Assembly: GCA_030390025.1 (NCBI GenBank)
Contig: CM059431.1
Span: 131,132,001-131,196,000 of the forward strand
Source: Squalus acanthias
Taxonomy: Eukaryota
DNA length: 64,000 nt
Reading direction: 5' to 3'
Below are positions 1 through 11,713 of this stretch, in pieces. Position numbers and translations under genes: made by a program. The notes beneath the pieces are model-generated. The model ran no database searches. It was not told the DNA's origin and saw only the letters and a program-made list of their open reading frames with translations. Every line of letters starts with the position of its first letter. The first letter of the stretch is position 1.

Positions 1-135
1 CATTTTTCTTGGGCGCTTTCCTTCCCCAATACCTCCTCCAACCCATCACCACGCCTCTGTCTTCCTACTCTCCTGCTGTCATCCCAGGCTTGAATCAGCT
101 CTTGGCATTCTCAAAAAGGGCCCATTGAAACACCA

Positions 136-950
136 TTGGTGTTTCCTATGAGCAGCTACTCCAACTGCCCCATCCTAATCTCTCAGCAATCTTCACACTC
201 AGGGCCTAACCTCCTCACCTTTCTCCTCATTCCACTCACCCCACCCATCATTGCCCCCTTAGAGTCTGACATTGGATCAATAATCACCATCTCGCTCCAT
301 GCTTCCCCCCACCCCGCACCCCACTCCCAGATTGTCCGTTCACTCGCAAACGAGACCCTTGCCATCCAGGAACTTAATGTGGATGATTGCATTGACATTC
401 TGTCTTTGACTGAAACTTGGCTCACAAGTGGTGATACTTTGCCCCTTACTAAAGTCTCCCCACCTGGCTATACTTTCCAACAGATGCCATGCCCAAATCA
501 CTGTGGTGGCAATATGGCCCTTATCACCAAGTCACACCTTGGCCTCTCCCCCTTCTCCTATGGCACATTTTCCTCCTTTGCACATTACCTTGTTCCACCT
601 CTCTTACCGCTCCTTTAAAATCTATCATCCCTGAAGCCCCACTCGGAGTTTCTCCTTGAGATATCTCCATATTTTAATTCCTCAGCCTCTGCACTGAACA
701 GTTCCTCATCCTTAGTGATTTTAATCTCCATCTCAGCTCCACTTGCCCTCTCTCCTCTGAATTCACTGCCCTCCTGTCCTTCTTAAACCTTTCCCTCCAT
801 ATAAACTCTCCTACCCAAATTCACCGCCAACTCTTCAACCTTCCCATCTCCTATTGCCTCTCTACTATCATGATCACTGACAAGGCCAAGTTTGACTACT
901 TCCTTGAATCCCTCACCACCCACATCCCACGTCCTTCTGTGATCGCCACT
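136..950 (+). mobile_element. L2-clade LINE fragment, APE endonuclease region of ORF2 (degenerate)
   Basis: ORF 136-618 has VRSL..., ILSLTETWL, PPGY.F, GG.ALITKSHLGLSP motifs and closely matches the L2 at 55312-55980. Confidence 0.85.
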
Positions 951-1032
951 GAGCCACACAAGGTGGTATTAAGACAGATGACCAAAAGCTTGGTCAAAGA
1001 GGTAGGTTTTAAGGAGCATCTTAAAGAAGAAA
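951..1032 (-). mobile_element. L2 LINE 3'-region fragment
   Basis: GACCAAAAGCTTGGTCAAAGAGGTAGGTTTTAAGGAGCATCTTAAAG is identical to the L2 3' region at ~53270-53316. Confidence 0.8.
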
Positions 1033-1120
1033 AATGAGTAGTCGCACAACACCAGGTTATAGTCCAACAGCTTTATTTGAAATCACAAGCTTTCGGAGCG
1101 CTGCTCCTTCGTCAGGTGAA
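1030..1120 (-). mobile_element. Penelope-like element terminal fragment with minimal hammerhead ribozyme (1083-1119)
   Basis: Minus strand reads UCAC-CUGACGA-A-GGAGC-AGC-GCUCC-GAAAGCUU-GUGA, followed by the same sequence as the copies at 8.4, 23.2 and 39.1 kb. Confidence 0.75.
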
Positions 1121-1610
1121 GATCGCATCAAATGTTTCCAGGTCATGAACAACATGGGTCGGTCTATGGTAATGTATTCTGTGTACATTCACGTGTGATG
1201 TTTTACTGTATTGGATTCTTTTTCAGCCCTTTTAGTTTCAAATTGAGTTTTAGCTCCAGTATTAGTGTGTCAGGCTGATTCAGATAGGACCAAGCTCAAC
1301 CTCCAAACTAATCCCAGTTTGGTCATTCCTGGATGTCAGTATATTGTTGACGTGATTTTAGAAGAATGAAATCTCATGTCATTTTGGATAAAAGCTGAAA
1401 ACTAATTTGTTTTAAAGTCTTTACAAGGATTTCTGTCACTATTGGAGCCTTGAGTAAAAATGGATCTTGTACGATGGTCTGAAACTTTAGTATTCTACAT
1501 GATTTATGTGTCAGCCTTTGACTCCTTTCCATGGATTCTTGATAGTTCCAAATGAAGACACAGATCACTTGAATATCTAACATGGCAATAGCTTTGTTAA
1601 GCAAAGCTTA

Positions 1611-2229
1611 AGGGTGAAAACAGGTGCTAAATGGGTGCTTGAGCTAATAAGAAACGCCTGTTTGAAAGTGTGGATTTAGCATGCAATTTTCAGGCTAATT
1701 GATGATTATCATGATTTAAATGCGCCTGCAGACGCTGAAACCAACACCTCTCGAGGGCATCGCAGGAGAACATCTGAACATCCCTCTTCAGAATCTCAGC
1801 AGCCATCCACCTCACCTGCTGCTGCCACTGGGGTTGCATTTCTTAGAAGCACTAGATTAGGCAAGAGCACTTATAGATTTCCACTAAGGATAAGCACCAG
1901 GGTGAATAGTTTAATAGTTTTAAGTGCTGTTGGTTGTGTCATGTTTTCATTGTTTGTTTTTGCTCGAGATAAAGTGTGATTATGGTAATTGGGTAGTGGT
2001 GGAATTGCTGATCTTTTTTATTGTGTTCTTCATGGGGAAGGGGTTGAAAGGATTGAGTGCAGATGGTGGACTTCTTGGTGGATCCTAAGTCGTGGAAGGT
2101 ACATCATGCGGCAACAGTGCTCCAAAATCTGATGGTGGAGGACGTCTTTCAAAAGTGTTCTTCAATTAGATGGCGGCGAGCATCCCTCCCAGGTGTGGGC
2201 CGTCTACCTGGAACCCTCTGGTGCTAATC

Positions 2230-2263
<34 letters not shown>

Positions 2264-2765
2264 ATCCTCTTGTGGCTCCTGAGCTTGACCGTCTGGCACA
2301 ATTGCTGGTGGTCACGACTGGTCTCTCATGATCACCAGATTGTGTCGCATGCAGCAAATCACGAATCACAGCTGAGTACTGCAGGGCACATCTGACCAGT
2401 CAAGACATCTAAACCTCTGCTTGAGGACCCCAATGATCTGCTCAATGATATTCCTGGTGGCTGACTGGCTCTCATTGTATGAGTGCTCAGCTGGTGTCTG
2501 TGGGGTTTCTCAGGGGAGTCATGGGCCATGGCATCAGAGGATATCCCTTGTCACCTAGTAGCCAGCCATGCACATTGCGTTGGGGCTCAAAGCTCTGTGG
2601 GATGGATGATTGTCTCATTATAAACACATCATGGCAGCTCCCTGTATAGAAGACATTCACCTGCATGATGCGCTGCCAGTGGTCACAGGCAAACTGAGGG
2701 GCACACTTAGCCACATGTGTGCAGTCAATGGCTCCCTGGACCATGGGGAATCCCACAATCCTGTT
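1611..2765 (-). mobile_element. PIF/Harbinger transposon, left part: transposase C-terminal half (-) and Myb/SANT gene C-terminus (+, ~1750-1890); degenerate
   Basis: GFPMVQGAIDCTH, GSCHD, GWLLGDKGYP, IIEQIIGVLKQRF and acidic tail on the minus strand. Left boundary approximate. Confidence 0.8.
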
Positions 2766-3013
2766 TAATCCAGTGGTGGAGGGAGTGAATGTTTAAGGTG
2801 GTGGATGGGGTGCCAATCAAGCGGGCTGCTTTGTGCAGGATGGTGTCGAGCTTCTTGAGTGTTGTTGGAGCTGCAGTCATTCAGGCAAGTGGAGAGTATT
2901 CCATCACACTCCTGACTTGTGCCTTGTAGATGGTGGAAAGGTTTTGGGGAGTCAGGAGGTGAGACACTCGCCACAGAATACCTAGCCTCTGACCTGCTCT
3001 TGTAGCCACAGTA
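2766..3013 (-). mobile_element. Distal ORF portion of the tRNA-headed LINE (continues from 9188-11713); 3' end deleted
   Basis: TVATRAGQRLGIL...IYKAQVRSVMEYSPLA continues the sequence at ~9190 (GVTIDQKLNWT..IN) and overlaps the LINE 3' end seen at 17165-17605. Confidence 0.8.
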
Positions 3014-3813
3014 ACCAAATTACAGAAATGAGTAAAAAAGCATAAAATAATAATCATGGGGGATTTCAACTACCCCGATATTAATTGGACAGAAGAGGTA
3101 GGTAAAGGGGATATGGGAATGGAGTTCCTACAATGTCTACAGGACTCCTTTCTAACCCAATAGGTAAAAAGCCCAACAAGGGAGGATTTGCTATTGGATC
3201 TAGTTATGGGGAATGAGCTAGAGCAGATAAGAGAAGTAAAAGTAAGGGAACATATCGGCAATAGTGACCATAATATAATACACGATAGAGAAGGACATAA
3301 GAATGACAAAAACCAAGTTAATAGATTGGAGTAAAGCTGATTTTGAGGGGCTGAGAATAGAACTTGGAAAGATAAAATGGGCAACAATATTGGCAAACAA
3401 CGATGTAGAATGACAATGGGAAACTTTTAAAACGGTGTTCAACAGAGTGCAGGAAAAATATATTCCGCTAAAAGGAAAGAACAAACTAAACACTAATAAG
3501 ACTCCATGGATGAATAAAGACATAGGGCTGGATTTTGTCTTGGGGTCGGGTTGGGGTCGTGTAATCCGCATTTCGTGTTTCCCCCCCGACTCCAGATTAA
3601 TGTGGATGCCTGATGCAATTTTCACTTAATTGGGCAATTGAGTTGGAGCATGTGGGAACCCATGAACTAATTAGTGTTTTCAGTCTGAAAGCCGCCTCTG
3701 ATGATGTCATCATTGCTGACTGGCTAGTCTCAGAGACTGTTGGTGAGAGAGGACCTGCCTGGCATTTGATGTGGGTGGACCTGGATGCAAAAATGGGGGG
3801 TGGTGGTGTAGAG

Positions 3814-3814
<1 letters not shown>

Positions 3815-3845
<31 letters not shown>
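3815..3845. repeat. (GA)n microsatellite
   Basis: Run of GA dinucleotides visible directly. Confidence 0.95.
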
Positions 3846-3850
<5 letters not shown>

Positions 3851-4278
3851 TTTTTTTGCCAAGCAAGTCCTCCCAGGCAGTCTCTGAAGACATTCAATGC
3901 AGCAGCATCAGAGGCAATGTTCAGACCTAATACTACTACTACCTTCATCACATCTCCGTTGTAATAGTGGACCTGCAGCCGATAGTCAGCTATCCACTTG
4001 TGCTCCCGCCAGGTTTCACTGGAGTGTTTCACACCAGGCGTGCTTCACGTCATAAGAGGGTTAAACTAGCTATAGCATTTCAAAATGGCATTACAGAGCC
4101 AAGTTAGAGCTTGTTAAGGGCTTTAATGGCCTCTCCCGCCTCTTGAAGGCGGGACGAAGTCGGGAACTCCACGACTGATTATGTCAAAATTGCGTGGAGG
4201 CGGGATGGAGTCGGGATGGGGTCGGAAACCACGACCCCGCAAATTTAACCCCCCACACGCCTCCAAACCCGACTCCAT

Positions 4279-6922
4279 CAGGAAATAGTTGGGGCATGTA
4301 ATAAGGGAACAGCTATAATTATGGGGGATTTTAACTATCATATTAACTGGACAAATCAAATTGGGCAGGGCAGCCTTGAGGAAGAGTTTATTGAGTGTCT
4401 TAGGGACGGATTTCTTGAGCAGTATGTAACTGATCCTACAAGGGGGCAAGCAACCTTGGACCTGGTACTGTGTAATGAGTCTGGATTAATTAATAATGTT
4501 CTAGTTAAGGATCCCCTTGGAATGAGTGACCATAACATGGTTGAATTCCATATCCAATTAGAGGGTGAGAAGGTTGGTTCTCAAACAAGCATACTGAGCT
4601 TGAATAAAGGAGACTATGATGGCATGAGAGCAGAATTGATTAAAGTGGACTGGGAAAATAGATTAAAGGGTAAGACGGTACATGAGCAGTGGTGTTCATT
4701 CAAGGAGTTATTTTACAACTTTCAAAATAAATATATTCCACTGAGGAAAAAAGGGTGTAAAAGAAATGACAGCCATCCATGGCTAAGTAAAGAAATTAAA
4801 GAAAGTATCCAACTAAAAACAAGGACATATAAGGTAGCCAAAGTTAGTGGGAGGATAGAGGATTGGGAAGTCTTCAAAAGACAACAAAAAGTAACTAAAG
4901 GATTGATTAAGAAAGGGAAAATAGACTATGAAAATAAATTAGCAAAAAATATAAAAACAGATAGCAAGAGTTTCTATAGTTATATAAAAAGAAAAAGGGT
5001 GGTTAAGGCAAACGTAGGTCCCTTAGAGGATGAGACCGGGAAATTAATGGTGGGAAACATGGAGATGGCAAAAATGCTGAACAAATATTTTGTTTCAGTC
5101 TTTACGGTAGAGGACACTAAGAATATCCCAACACTGGACAAACAGGGGGCTCTAGTGGGGGAGGAGCTAAATACGATTAAAATCACTAAGGAATTGGTAC
5201 TCAGTAAAATAATGGGACTCAAGGCGGATAAATCCCCTGGACCTGATGGCTTACATCCTAGGGTCTTGAGGGAAGTGGCAGTAGGAATTGTGGATGCTTT
5301 GGTAATAATTTTCCAAAACTCCCTGAACTCAGCAAAGGTCCTGGCAGATTGGAAAACTGCTAATGTAACACCCTTATTTAAAAAGGGTTGTAGGCAGAAG
5401 GCTGGAAATTATAGACCAGTTAGCCTAACATCTGTGGTGGGTAAAATTTTGGAGTCTATTATTAAGGAGACAGTAACAGAACATTTAGATAAACATAATT
5501 TAATAGGACAAAGTCAGCATGGCTTTATGAAGGGGAAGTCATGTCTGACAAATTTGCTCAAGTTCTTTGAGGACATAACGTACAGGGTGGATAAAGGGGA
5601 ACCAGTGGATGTGGTGTATTTAGACTTCCAGAAGGCATTCTACAAGGTGCCACATAAAAGATTATTACTCAAGATAAAAAATCACTGGATTGGGGGTAAT
5701 ATTCTGGCATGGGTGGAGGATTGGTTATCTAACAGGAAGCAGAGAGTTGGGATAAATGGTTCATTCTCGGACTGGCAACCAGTAGCCAGTGGTGTTCCGC
5801 AGGGGTCGGTGCTGGGTCCCCAACTCTTTACAATCTATATTAATGATTTGGAGGAGGGGACCGAGTGTAACATATCAAAGTTTGCAGATGATACAAAGAT
5901 GGAAGGGAAAGTAGAGAGAGAGGAGGACATAAAAAACCTACAAGGGGATATAGACAGGCTGGGTGAGTGGGCAGAGATTTGGCAGATGCAATACAATATT
6001 GGAAAATGTGAGGTTATGCACTTTGGCAGGAAAAATCAGAGAGCAAGTTATTATCTTAATGGCGAGAAACTGGAAAGTACTGCAGTACAAAGGGATCTGG
6101 GGGTCTTGGTGCAAGAAAATCAAAAAGTTAGTATGCAGGTGCAGCAGGTGATCAAGAAAGCCAATGGAATGTTGGCTTTTATTGCTAGGGGGATAGAATA
6201 TAAAAACAGGGAGGTATTGCTGCAGTTGTATAGGGTATTGGTGAGACCGCACCTGGAGTACTGCATACAGTTTTGGTGTCCATACTTAAGAAAAGACATA
6301 CTTGCTCTTGAGGCAGTACAAAGAAGGTTCACTCGGTTAATTCCGGGGATGAGGGGGTGGACATACGAGGAGAGGTTGAGTAGATTGGGACTCTACTCAT
6401 TGGAGTTCAGAAGAATGAGAGGCGATCTTATTGAAACATATAAGATTGTGAAGGGGCTTGATCGGGTGGACGCGGTGAGGATGTTTCCAATGATGGGTGA
6501 AACTAGAACTAGGGGGCATAATCTTAGAATAAGGGGCTGCTCTTTCAAAACTGAGATGAGGAGAAACTTTTTCACTCAGAGGGTAGTGGGTCTGTGGAAT
6601 TTGCTACCCCAGGAAGCTGTGGAAGCTACTTCATTAAATAAATTTAAAACAGAAATAGACCGTTTCCTAGAAGTAAAGGGAATCAGGGGTTACGGGGAGC
6701 GGGCTGGAAATTGGACATGAGTTTGAGTTCGGATCGGTCAAGGCCCTGTGGGTGGCGGAGCGGGCCCAGGGGCCGAGTGGCCTGGTCCTGCTCCTACTTC
6801 TTGTGTTCTTTAGAGTTGAGGTTGGATCAGATCAGCCATGATCTCATTGAATGGTGGAGCAGGCTCGAGGGGCCGATTGGTCTACTCCTGCTCCTATTTC
6901 TTATGTTCTTATGTTCTTATGT
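4279..6922 (+). mobile_element. CR1 LINE 'B', young and 5'-truncated
   Basis: Uninterrupted ORF2 portion, 3' UTR, (TTATGTTC)n tail; TCCAT at 4274-4278 and 6922-6926 is the likely TSD. Confidence 0.95.
4321..6720 (+). CDS. CR1 ORF2 (C-terminal endonuclease part plus reverse transcriptase), 799 aa, N-terminally truncated
   Basis: GDFN, LDLVL, SDH endonuclease motifs; KSPGPDG, YRPVSLTS, QHGF, GVPQGSVLGP, FADD RT motifs; KAFD changed to KAFY. Confidence 0.9.
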   Translation: MGDFNYHINWTNQIGQGSLEEEFIECLRDGFLEQYVTDPTRGQATLDLVLCNESGLINNVLVKDPLGMSDHNMVEFHIQLEGEKVGSQTSILSLNKGDYDGMRAELIKVDWENRLKGKTVHEQWCSFKELFYNFQNKYIPLRKKGCKRNDSHPWLSKEIKESIQLKTRTYKVAKVSGRIEDWEVFKRQQKVTKGLIKKGKIDYENKLAKNIKTDSKSFYSYIKRKRVVKANVGPLEDETGKLMVGNMEMAKMLNKYFVSVFTVEDTKNIPTLDKQGALVGEELNTIKITKELVLSKIMGLKADKSPGPDGLHPRVLREVAVGIVDALVIIFQNSLNSAKVLADWKTANVTPLFKKGCRQKAGNYRPVSLTSVVGKILESIIKETVTEHLDKHNLIGQSQHGFMKGKSCLTNLLKFFEDITYRVDKGEPVDVVYLDFQKAFYKVPHKRLLLKIKNHWIGGNILAWVEDWLSNRKQRVGINGSFSDWQPVASGVPQGSVLGPQLFTIYINDLEEGTECNISKFADDTKMEGKVEREEDIKNLQGDIDRLGEWAEIWQMQYNIGKCEVMHFGRKNQRASYYLNGEKLESTAVQRDLGVLVQENQKVSMQVQQVIKKANGMLAFIARGIEYKNREVLLQLYRVLVRPHLEYCIQFWCPYLRKDILALEAVQRRFTRLIPGMRGWTYEERLSRLGLYSLEFRRMRGDLIETYKIVKGLDRVDAVRMFPMMGETRTRGHNLRIRGCSFKTEMRRNFFTQRVVGLWNLLPQEAVEATSLNKFKTEIDRFLEVKGIRGYGERAGNWT

Positions 6923-8282
6923 CCATGGGTCATTCAAAATCCAGCCCTTAAGGAAACAAATGAGAGTAAGGAAAGAGGCATACATTAAGTACATAGACAG
7001 CAGAGGAGTGCATGATAAGAGAATATATGAAGGGTTGAGGAGAGAAGTCAAAAAAACAATTAGGAAGGCAAAGAGCAACTATGAAATTAAATTATAAAGG
7101 AACATAAAACAAAATGGTAAAATATTTTACAGGCACATCAATAAAAAAAAGGAAGGTGGGGATGGGAATAGGGCCATTAAGGGATGGACAGGACAATACC
7201 ACAGGTAACGATAGGGAGATGGCAGAAATATTAAATCATTATTTCACTTCGGTATTTACCAGGAAGATAGAACAGGTGGACATGATGAGATGAGTAATGA
7301 GATAAGTGCATTTAAAATAAAAAAGGGGATATATTAAATAAACTAATCAAACTCAAAGAGGATAAAACCCTTGGTCCGGATGGATTGCATCCATGCATTT
7401 TAAAAGAATCTAGGGAAGAGATAGCAGAGGAATTACTGTACATATTTAATAATTTGTTAGAAAAAGGTGTAGTGCCAGAGGACTGGCAGATAGCTAACGT
7501 AATACCTACATTTAAGAAGGAGGATAGAACATGTCCAGGGAATTATAGACCAGTCAGCTTAACATCGGTGGTATGAAAAATAATGGAATCCCTACTAAAG
7601 GAGAGAACAGAAGAACATCTAGAAATGAAAAGTATAATAATGAATAGTCAGCATGGATTTCAAAAGGGAAAATCTTGCTTGACCAACTTTATTGAATTTT
7701 TTGAAGAGGTAACAGAGAGAGTAGACAACAGTAATGCAGTGGATGTAATTTATCTAGATTTTCAAAAGGCCTTCGATAAGGTACCCCATAATAGACTGGT
7801 GAACAAGGTCAGAGAAAGCGGAGTCAGGGGACAAGTAGCAGAATGGATTGCTGGCTGGCTTCAGGACAGAAAGCAGAGTGGGGTTAAAGGGTAGCTATTC
7901 ACAATGGCAGAAGGTGGGTAGTGGTGTTCCACAAGGATCAGTGCTGGGATCACTGCTGTTCACAATTTACATTAACGATTTAGACTTTGGAATCAAAAAC
8001 ACAATTTCTAAATTTACGGATTACACCAAATTGGGGGGAATAGTCAATACTGAAGAGGACTGCAACAAATAACAGGAGGACATTAATAAACTTGCTGAAT
8101 GGGCAAATAATTGACAAACAAAGTTCAACACAGAAAAATGTGAGGTATTACATTTTGGTAGAAGGTCACTTATCACTTGGAGGGTGCGAGTCTAGGTGGG
8201 GTAGAAGAACAAAGGGATCTCGGAGTACAAATAAACAAATCACTAAAAGTTGCGCCACAGGTTAGCAAGGCCATTAAAAATG

Positions 8283-8534
8283 CAAAAATGAGAAGTCGCA
8301 CAACACCAGGTTATAGTCCAACAGATTTATTTAAAATTACAAGCTTTCGGAGCTATCGCCCCTTCCTCAGGTAAAGTTACAATGAGTTACAATGACTCAT
8401 TGTAACTTTACCTGAGGAAGGGGCGATAGCTCCGAAAGCTTGTAATTTTAAATAAATCTGTTGGACTATAACCTGGTGTTGTGCGATTTCTCATTTTTGT
8501 CCACCCCAGTCCAACGCCAGCATCTCCACATCAT
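8283..8534. mobile_element. Penelope-like fold-back insertion: 105-bp inverted arms, 7-nt loop, 35-nt tail
   Basis: Arms 8283-8387 and 8395-8499 are reverse complements with one mismatch seen; AAAAATGCAAA duplicated at 8276-8286 and 8536-8546. Confidence 0.85.
8408..8445 (+). ncRNA. Minimal type I hammerhead ribozyme motif (mirror copy on - strand at 8337-8374)
   Basis: UUAC-CUGAGGA-A-GGGGC-GAUA-GCUCC-GAAAGCUU-GUAA: conserved core, stem II, stem I and palindromic AAGCUU stem III. Confidence 0.7.
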
Positions 8535-9187
8535 CAAAAATGCAAACCAAGCACTAGGGTTTATTTCTAGAATTAGAGGGATAGAATTGAAAAGTAGGGA
8601 AGTTATGCTAAACCTGTATCGAACCTTGGTTGGACCACACTTAGAGTACTGTGTGCATTTCTGGTCACCATATTATAAAAAGGATATAGAGGCACTAGAG
8701 AGGGTGCAGAGAAGTTTACAAGGATGTTACCAGAAATGCGAGGGTATACATATCAGGAAAGGATGAACAGGCTGGGTCTCTTTTCTCTTGAAAAAGAAGG
8801 CTAATAGAAGTCTATAAAATTATGAAAGGTTTTGATAGAGTGGATACAGAGAGAATGTTTCCACTTGTGGGGAACAGCATAACTAGAGGCCATCAATATA
8901 AGATAGTCACCAAGAAATCCAATGGAGAATTCAGAAGAAACTACTTTATCCAAAGAGTGGTGAGAATGTGGAACTCGCTACCACAGGGAGTGGTTGAAGC
9001 GAATAGTATAGATGCATTTAAGGGGAAGCTGGACAAGCATATGAGGGAGAAGGGAATAGAAGGTTATACTGATAGATTTAGATGAGGAAAGACGGGAGGA
9101 GGCTCGAGTGGAGCATAAACGCCGGCATAGACTGGTTGGGCCGAATGGCCTGTTTCTGTGCCGTATACCCAATGTAATCCTATGTAT

Positions 9188-11713
9188 TATTTATGTTGTT
9201 GGTCCAGTTAAGTTTCTGGTCAATGGTGACCCCCCTAGGATGTTGATGTTGGGGGATTCGGCAATGGTGTCAAGGGGTGGTGGTTAGATGCTCTCTTGTT
9301 GGAGATAGTCATTGTCTGGCAGTTGTGTGGCACGAATGTTACTTGCCACTTATCAGCCCGAGCCTGAATGTCGCCCAGGTCTTGCTGCATGCGGGCATGG
9401 ACTGCTTCATTATCTGAGGAGTTGTGAATGGAACTGAACACTCTGCAATCATCAGCGAACATGCCCACTTCTAACCTTATGATGGAGGGAAGGTCATTGA
9501 TGAAGCAGTTGAAGATGGTTGGGCCTAGGACACTGCCCTGAGGAACTCCTGCAGCCATGTCCAGGGGCTGAGATGATTGGCCTCCAACAACCACAACCAT
9601 CTTCCTTTGTGCTAGGTATGACTCCAGCTAGTGGAGAGTTTTTCCCCTAATTCCCATTGACTTCAGTTTAACTAGGGCTCCTTGATGCCACACTCGGTCA
9701 AATGCTGCCTTGATGTCAAGAACGGTCACTCTCACCTCACCTCTGGAATTCAGCTCTTTTGTCCATGTTTGGAACAAGACTGTAATGAGGTCAGGAGCAG
9801 AGTGGTCTTGGCGGAACCCAAACTGGGCATCAGTGAGCAGGTTATTGGTGAGTAAGTACCGCTTGATTGCACTGTCAACAACACCCTCCATCACTTTGCT
9901 GATGATTGAGAGTAGACTGATGAGGCGGTAATTGGCCGGATTGGATTTGTCCTGCTTTTTGTGGACAGGACAGACCTGGGCAGTTTTCCACATTGTCAGG
10001 TAGATGCCAGTGTTGTAGCTGTACTGGAGCAGCTTAGCTAGAGGCGCAGCTAGTTCTGGAGCACAAGTCTTCAGCACGATAGCCGGGATGTTGTCCGGAC
10101 CCATAACCTTTGCTGTATCCAGTGCACTCAGCCGTTACTTGATACCACGTGGAGTGAATCAAATTGGCTGAAGACTGGCTTCTGTGATGGTGGGGACCTC
10201 AGGAGGAGGCCGAGATGGATCATCCACTCGGCACTTCTGGCTGAAGATGGTTGCTAACGCTTCAGCCTTGTCTTTTGCACTTGTGTGATGGGCTCCACCA
10301 TCATTGAGGATGGGAATGTTCATGAAGCCTCCTCCTCCCGTCAGTTGTTTAATGGTCCACCAACATTCATGACTGGATGTGGCAGGACTGCAGAGCTTTG
10401 ATCTGATCCGTTGGTTGTGCGATCGCTTAGCTCTATCTATAGCATGCTGCTTCCGTTGTTAAGCATGCATGTAGTTCTGTGTTGCAGCTTCCCCAGGTTG
10501 GCACCTCATTTTTAGGTAGGCCTGGTGCTGCTCCTGGCATGCTCTTCTGCACTCCTCATTGAACCAGAGTTAGTCACCTGGCTTGATGGTAATGACAGAG
10601 TGAGGGATATGCTGGGCCATGAGGTTACAGATTGTGGTGGAATACAATTCTGCTGCTGCTGATGGCCCAATGCACCTAATGGATGCCCAGTTTTGAGCTG
10701 CTAGATCTGTTCTGAATCTATCCCATTTAGCACAGTGATAGTGCCACACAACACGATGGAGGTTGTCCTCAGTGTGAAGATGGGACTTCATCTCCACAAG
10801 GACTGTGCGGTGGTCACTGCTACCTATACTGTCATGGACAGATACATCTGCGACAGGTAGATTGGTGAGGATGAGGTCAAGTCGGTTTTTCCCTCGTGTT
10901 GGTTCTAGTAGTGGCGCTACCGAGACATTGAAGTCCCCCACCCAGAGTACATTCTGTGCCCTTGCTATCCTCAGTGCTTCTTCCAAGTGGTGTTCAACTG
11001 GTTCACTAGCTGATGGAGGGCAGTAGGTAGTAATCAGCAGGAGGTTTCCTTGCCCCTGAGACTTCATGGGATCCAGAGTCAATGTTGAGAACTCCCAGGG
11101 CTACTCCCTCCTGACTGTATGCCGCCACCTCTGGTGGGTCTGTCCTGCTGGTGGGACAGGACATACCCAGGGATGGTGATGGAGGAGTCTAGGACATTGG
11201 CTGAAAGGTATGATTCTGAGAGTATGACTCGGTCAGGCTGTTGCTTGACTAGTCTGTGGGACAGCTCTGCCACTTTTGGCACAAGTCCCCAGATGTTAGT
11301 GAGGAGGACTTTGCATGATCGACTGGGCTGGGTGTGCCGTTGTCGTGTTCGAAGCCGGTGCCGAGGTCGTTGCCGGGTGGTCCGTCTGGTTTTATTCTTA
11401 TTATTGTTTCTTGTAGAGGTTTGTTACAACTGAGTGGCTTGCTAGGCCATTTCAGAGGGCAGTTAAGAGTCAACCACATTGCTGGAGTCACATATAGGCC
11501 AGGCCAGACCAGGTAAGGACGGCAGATTTCCTTCCCTAAAGGACATTAGTGAACCAGATGGGTTTTACAACAATCCAGTAGTTTCATGGTCACCATTACT
11601 GATACTAGCTTTTTATTCCAGATACCGTGGTGGGATTTGAACGCACGTCTCCGGATCATTAGTCCAGGCCTCTGGGTTACTCGTCCAGTAACAACCACTA
11701 TGCTACCGTTCCC
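9188..11713 (-). mobile_element. CR1/L2-group LINE with a single EN-RT ORF and a tRNA-like 5' head (degenerate)
   Basis: ORF fragments with QQPD.VILSESYL, VGDFN, LDLILTN, SDH, GPDNIP, YRLISLL, DIKAAFDRVWH, GVPQGSVLGP, FADD; A-box-like TAGCATAGTGG (11705-11695) and B-box GTTCAAATCCC (11642-11632). Confidence 0.85.

Larger units (their letters stand above)
3525..6947. mobile_element. Non-autonomous Harbinger-like element containing CR1 'B'
   Basis: Terminal inverted repeats GGGCTGGATTTTG (3525) / CAAAATCCAGCCC (6947); flanks ATA/TTA resemble a 3-bp TSD. Confidence 0.8.
3014..9187 (+). mobile_element. CR1 LINE 'A' (5'-truncated, degenerate ORF2), interrupted by a Harbinger MITE (3525-6947) and a Penelope hairpin (8283-8534)
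   Basis: IMGDFNYP at ~3055; TPWMNKDI|RKQMRVRK joins across the MITE; RT motifs NYRPVSLTS, YLDFQKAFDKVPH, GVPQGSVLG; CR1 3' UTR ends ~9187. Confidence 0.9.

Noticed and set aside
1374..1604. Host exon on the minus strand (also 43620-43736 on the plus strand)
   Set aside because: Short open frames with weak splice signals and no recognisable protein similarity.
4356..6575. Antisense and alternate-frame ORFs over CR1, L2 and other elements throughout the window
   Set aside because: Shadow ORFs of transposon coding sequence with no independent support.
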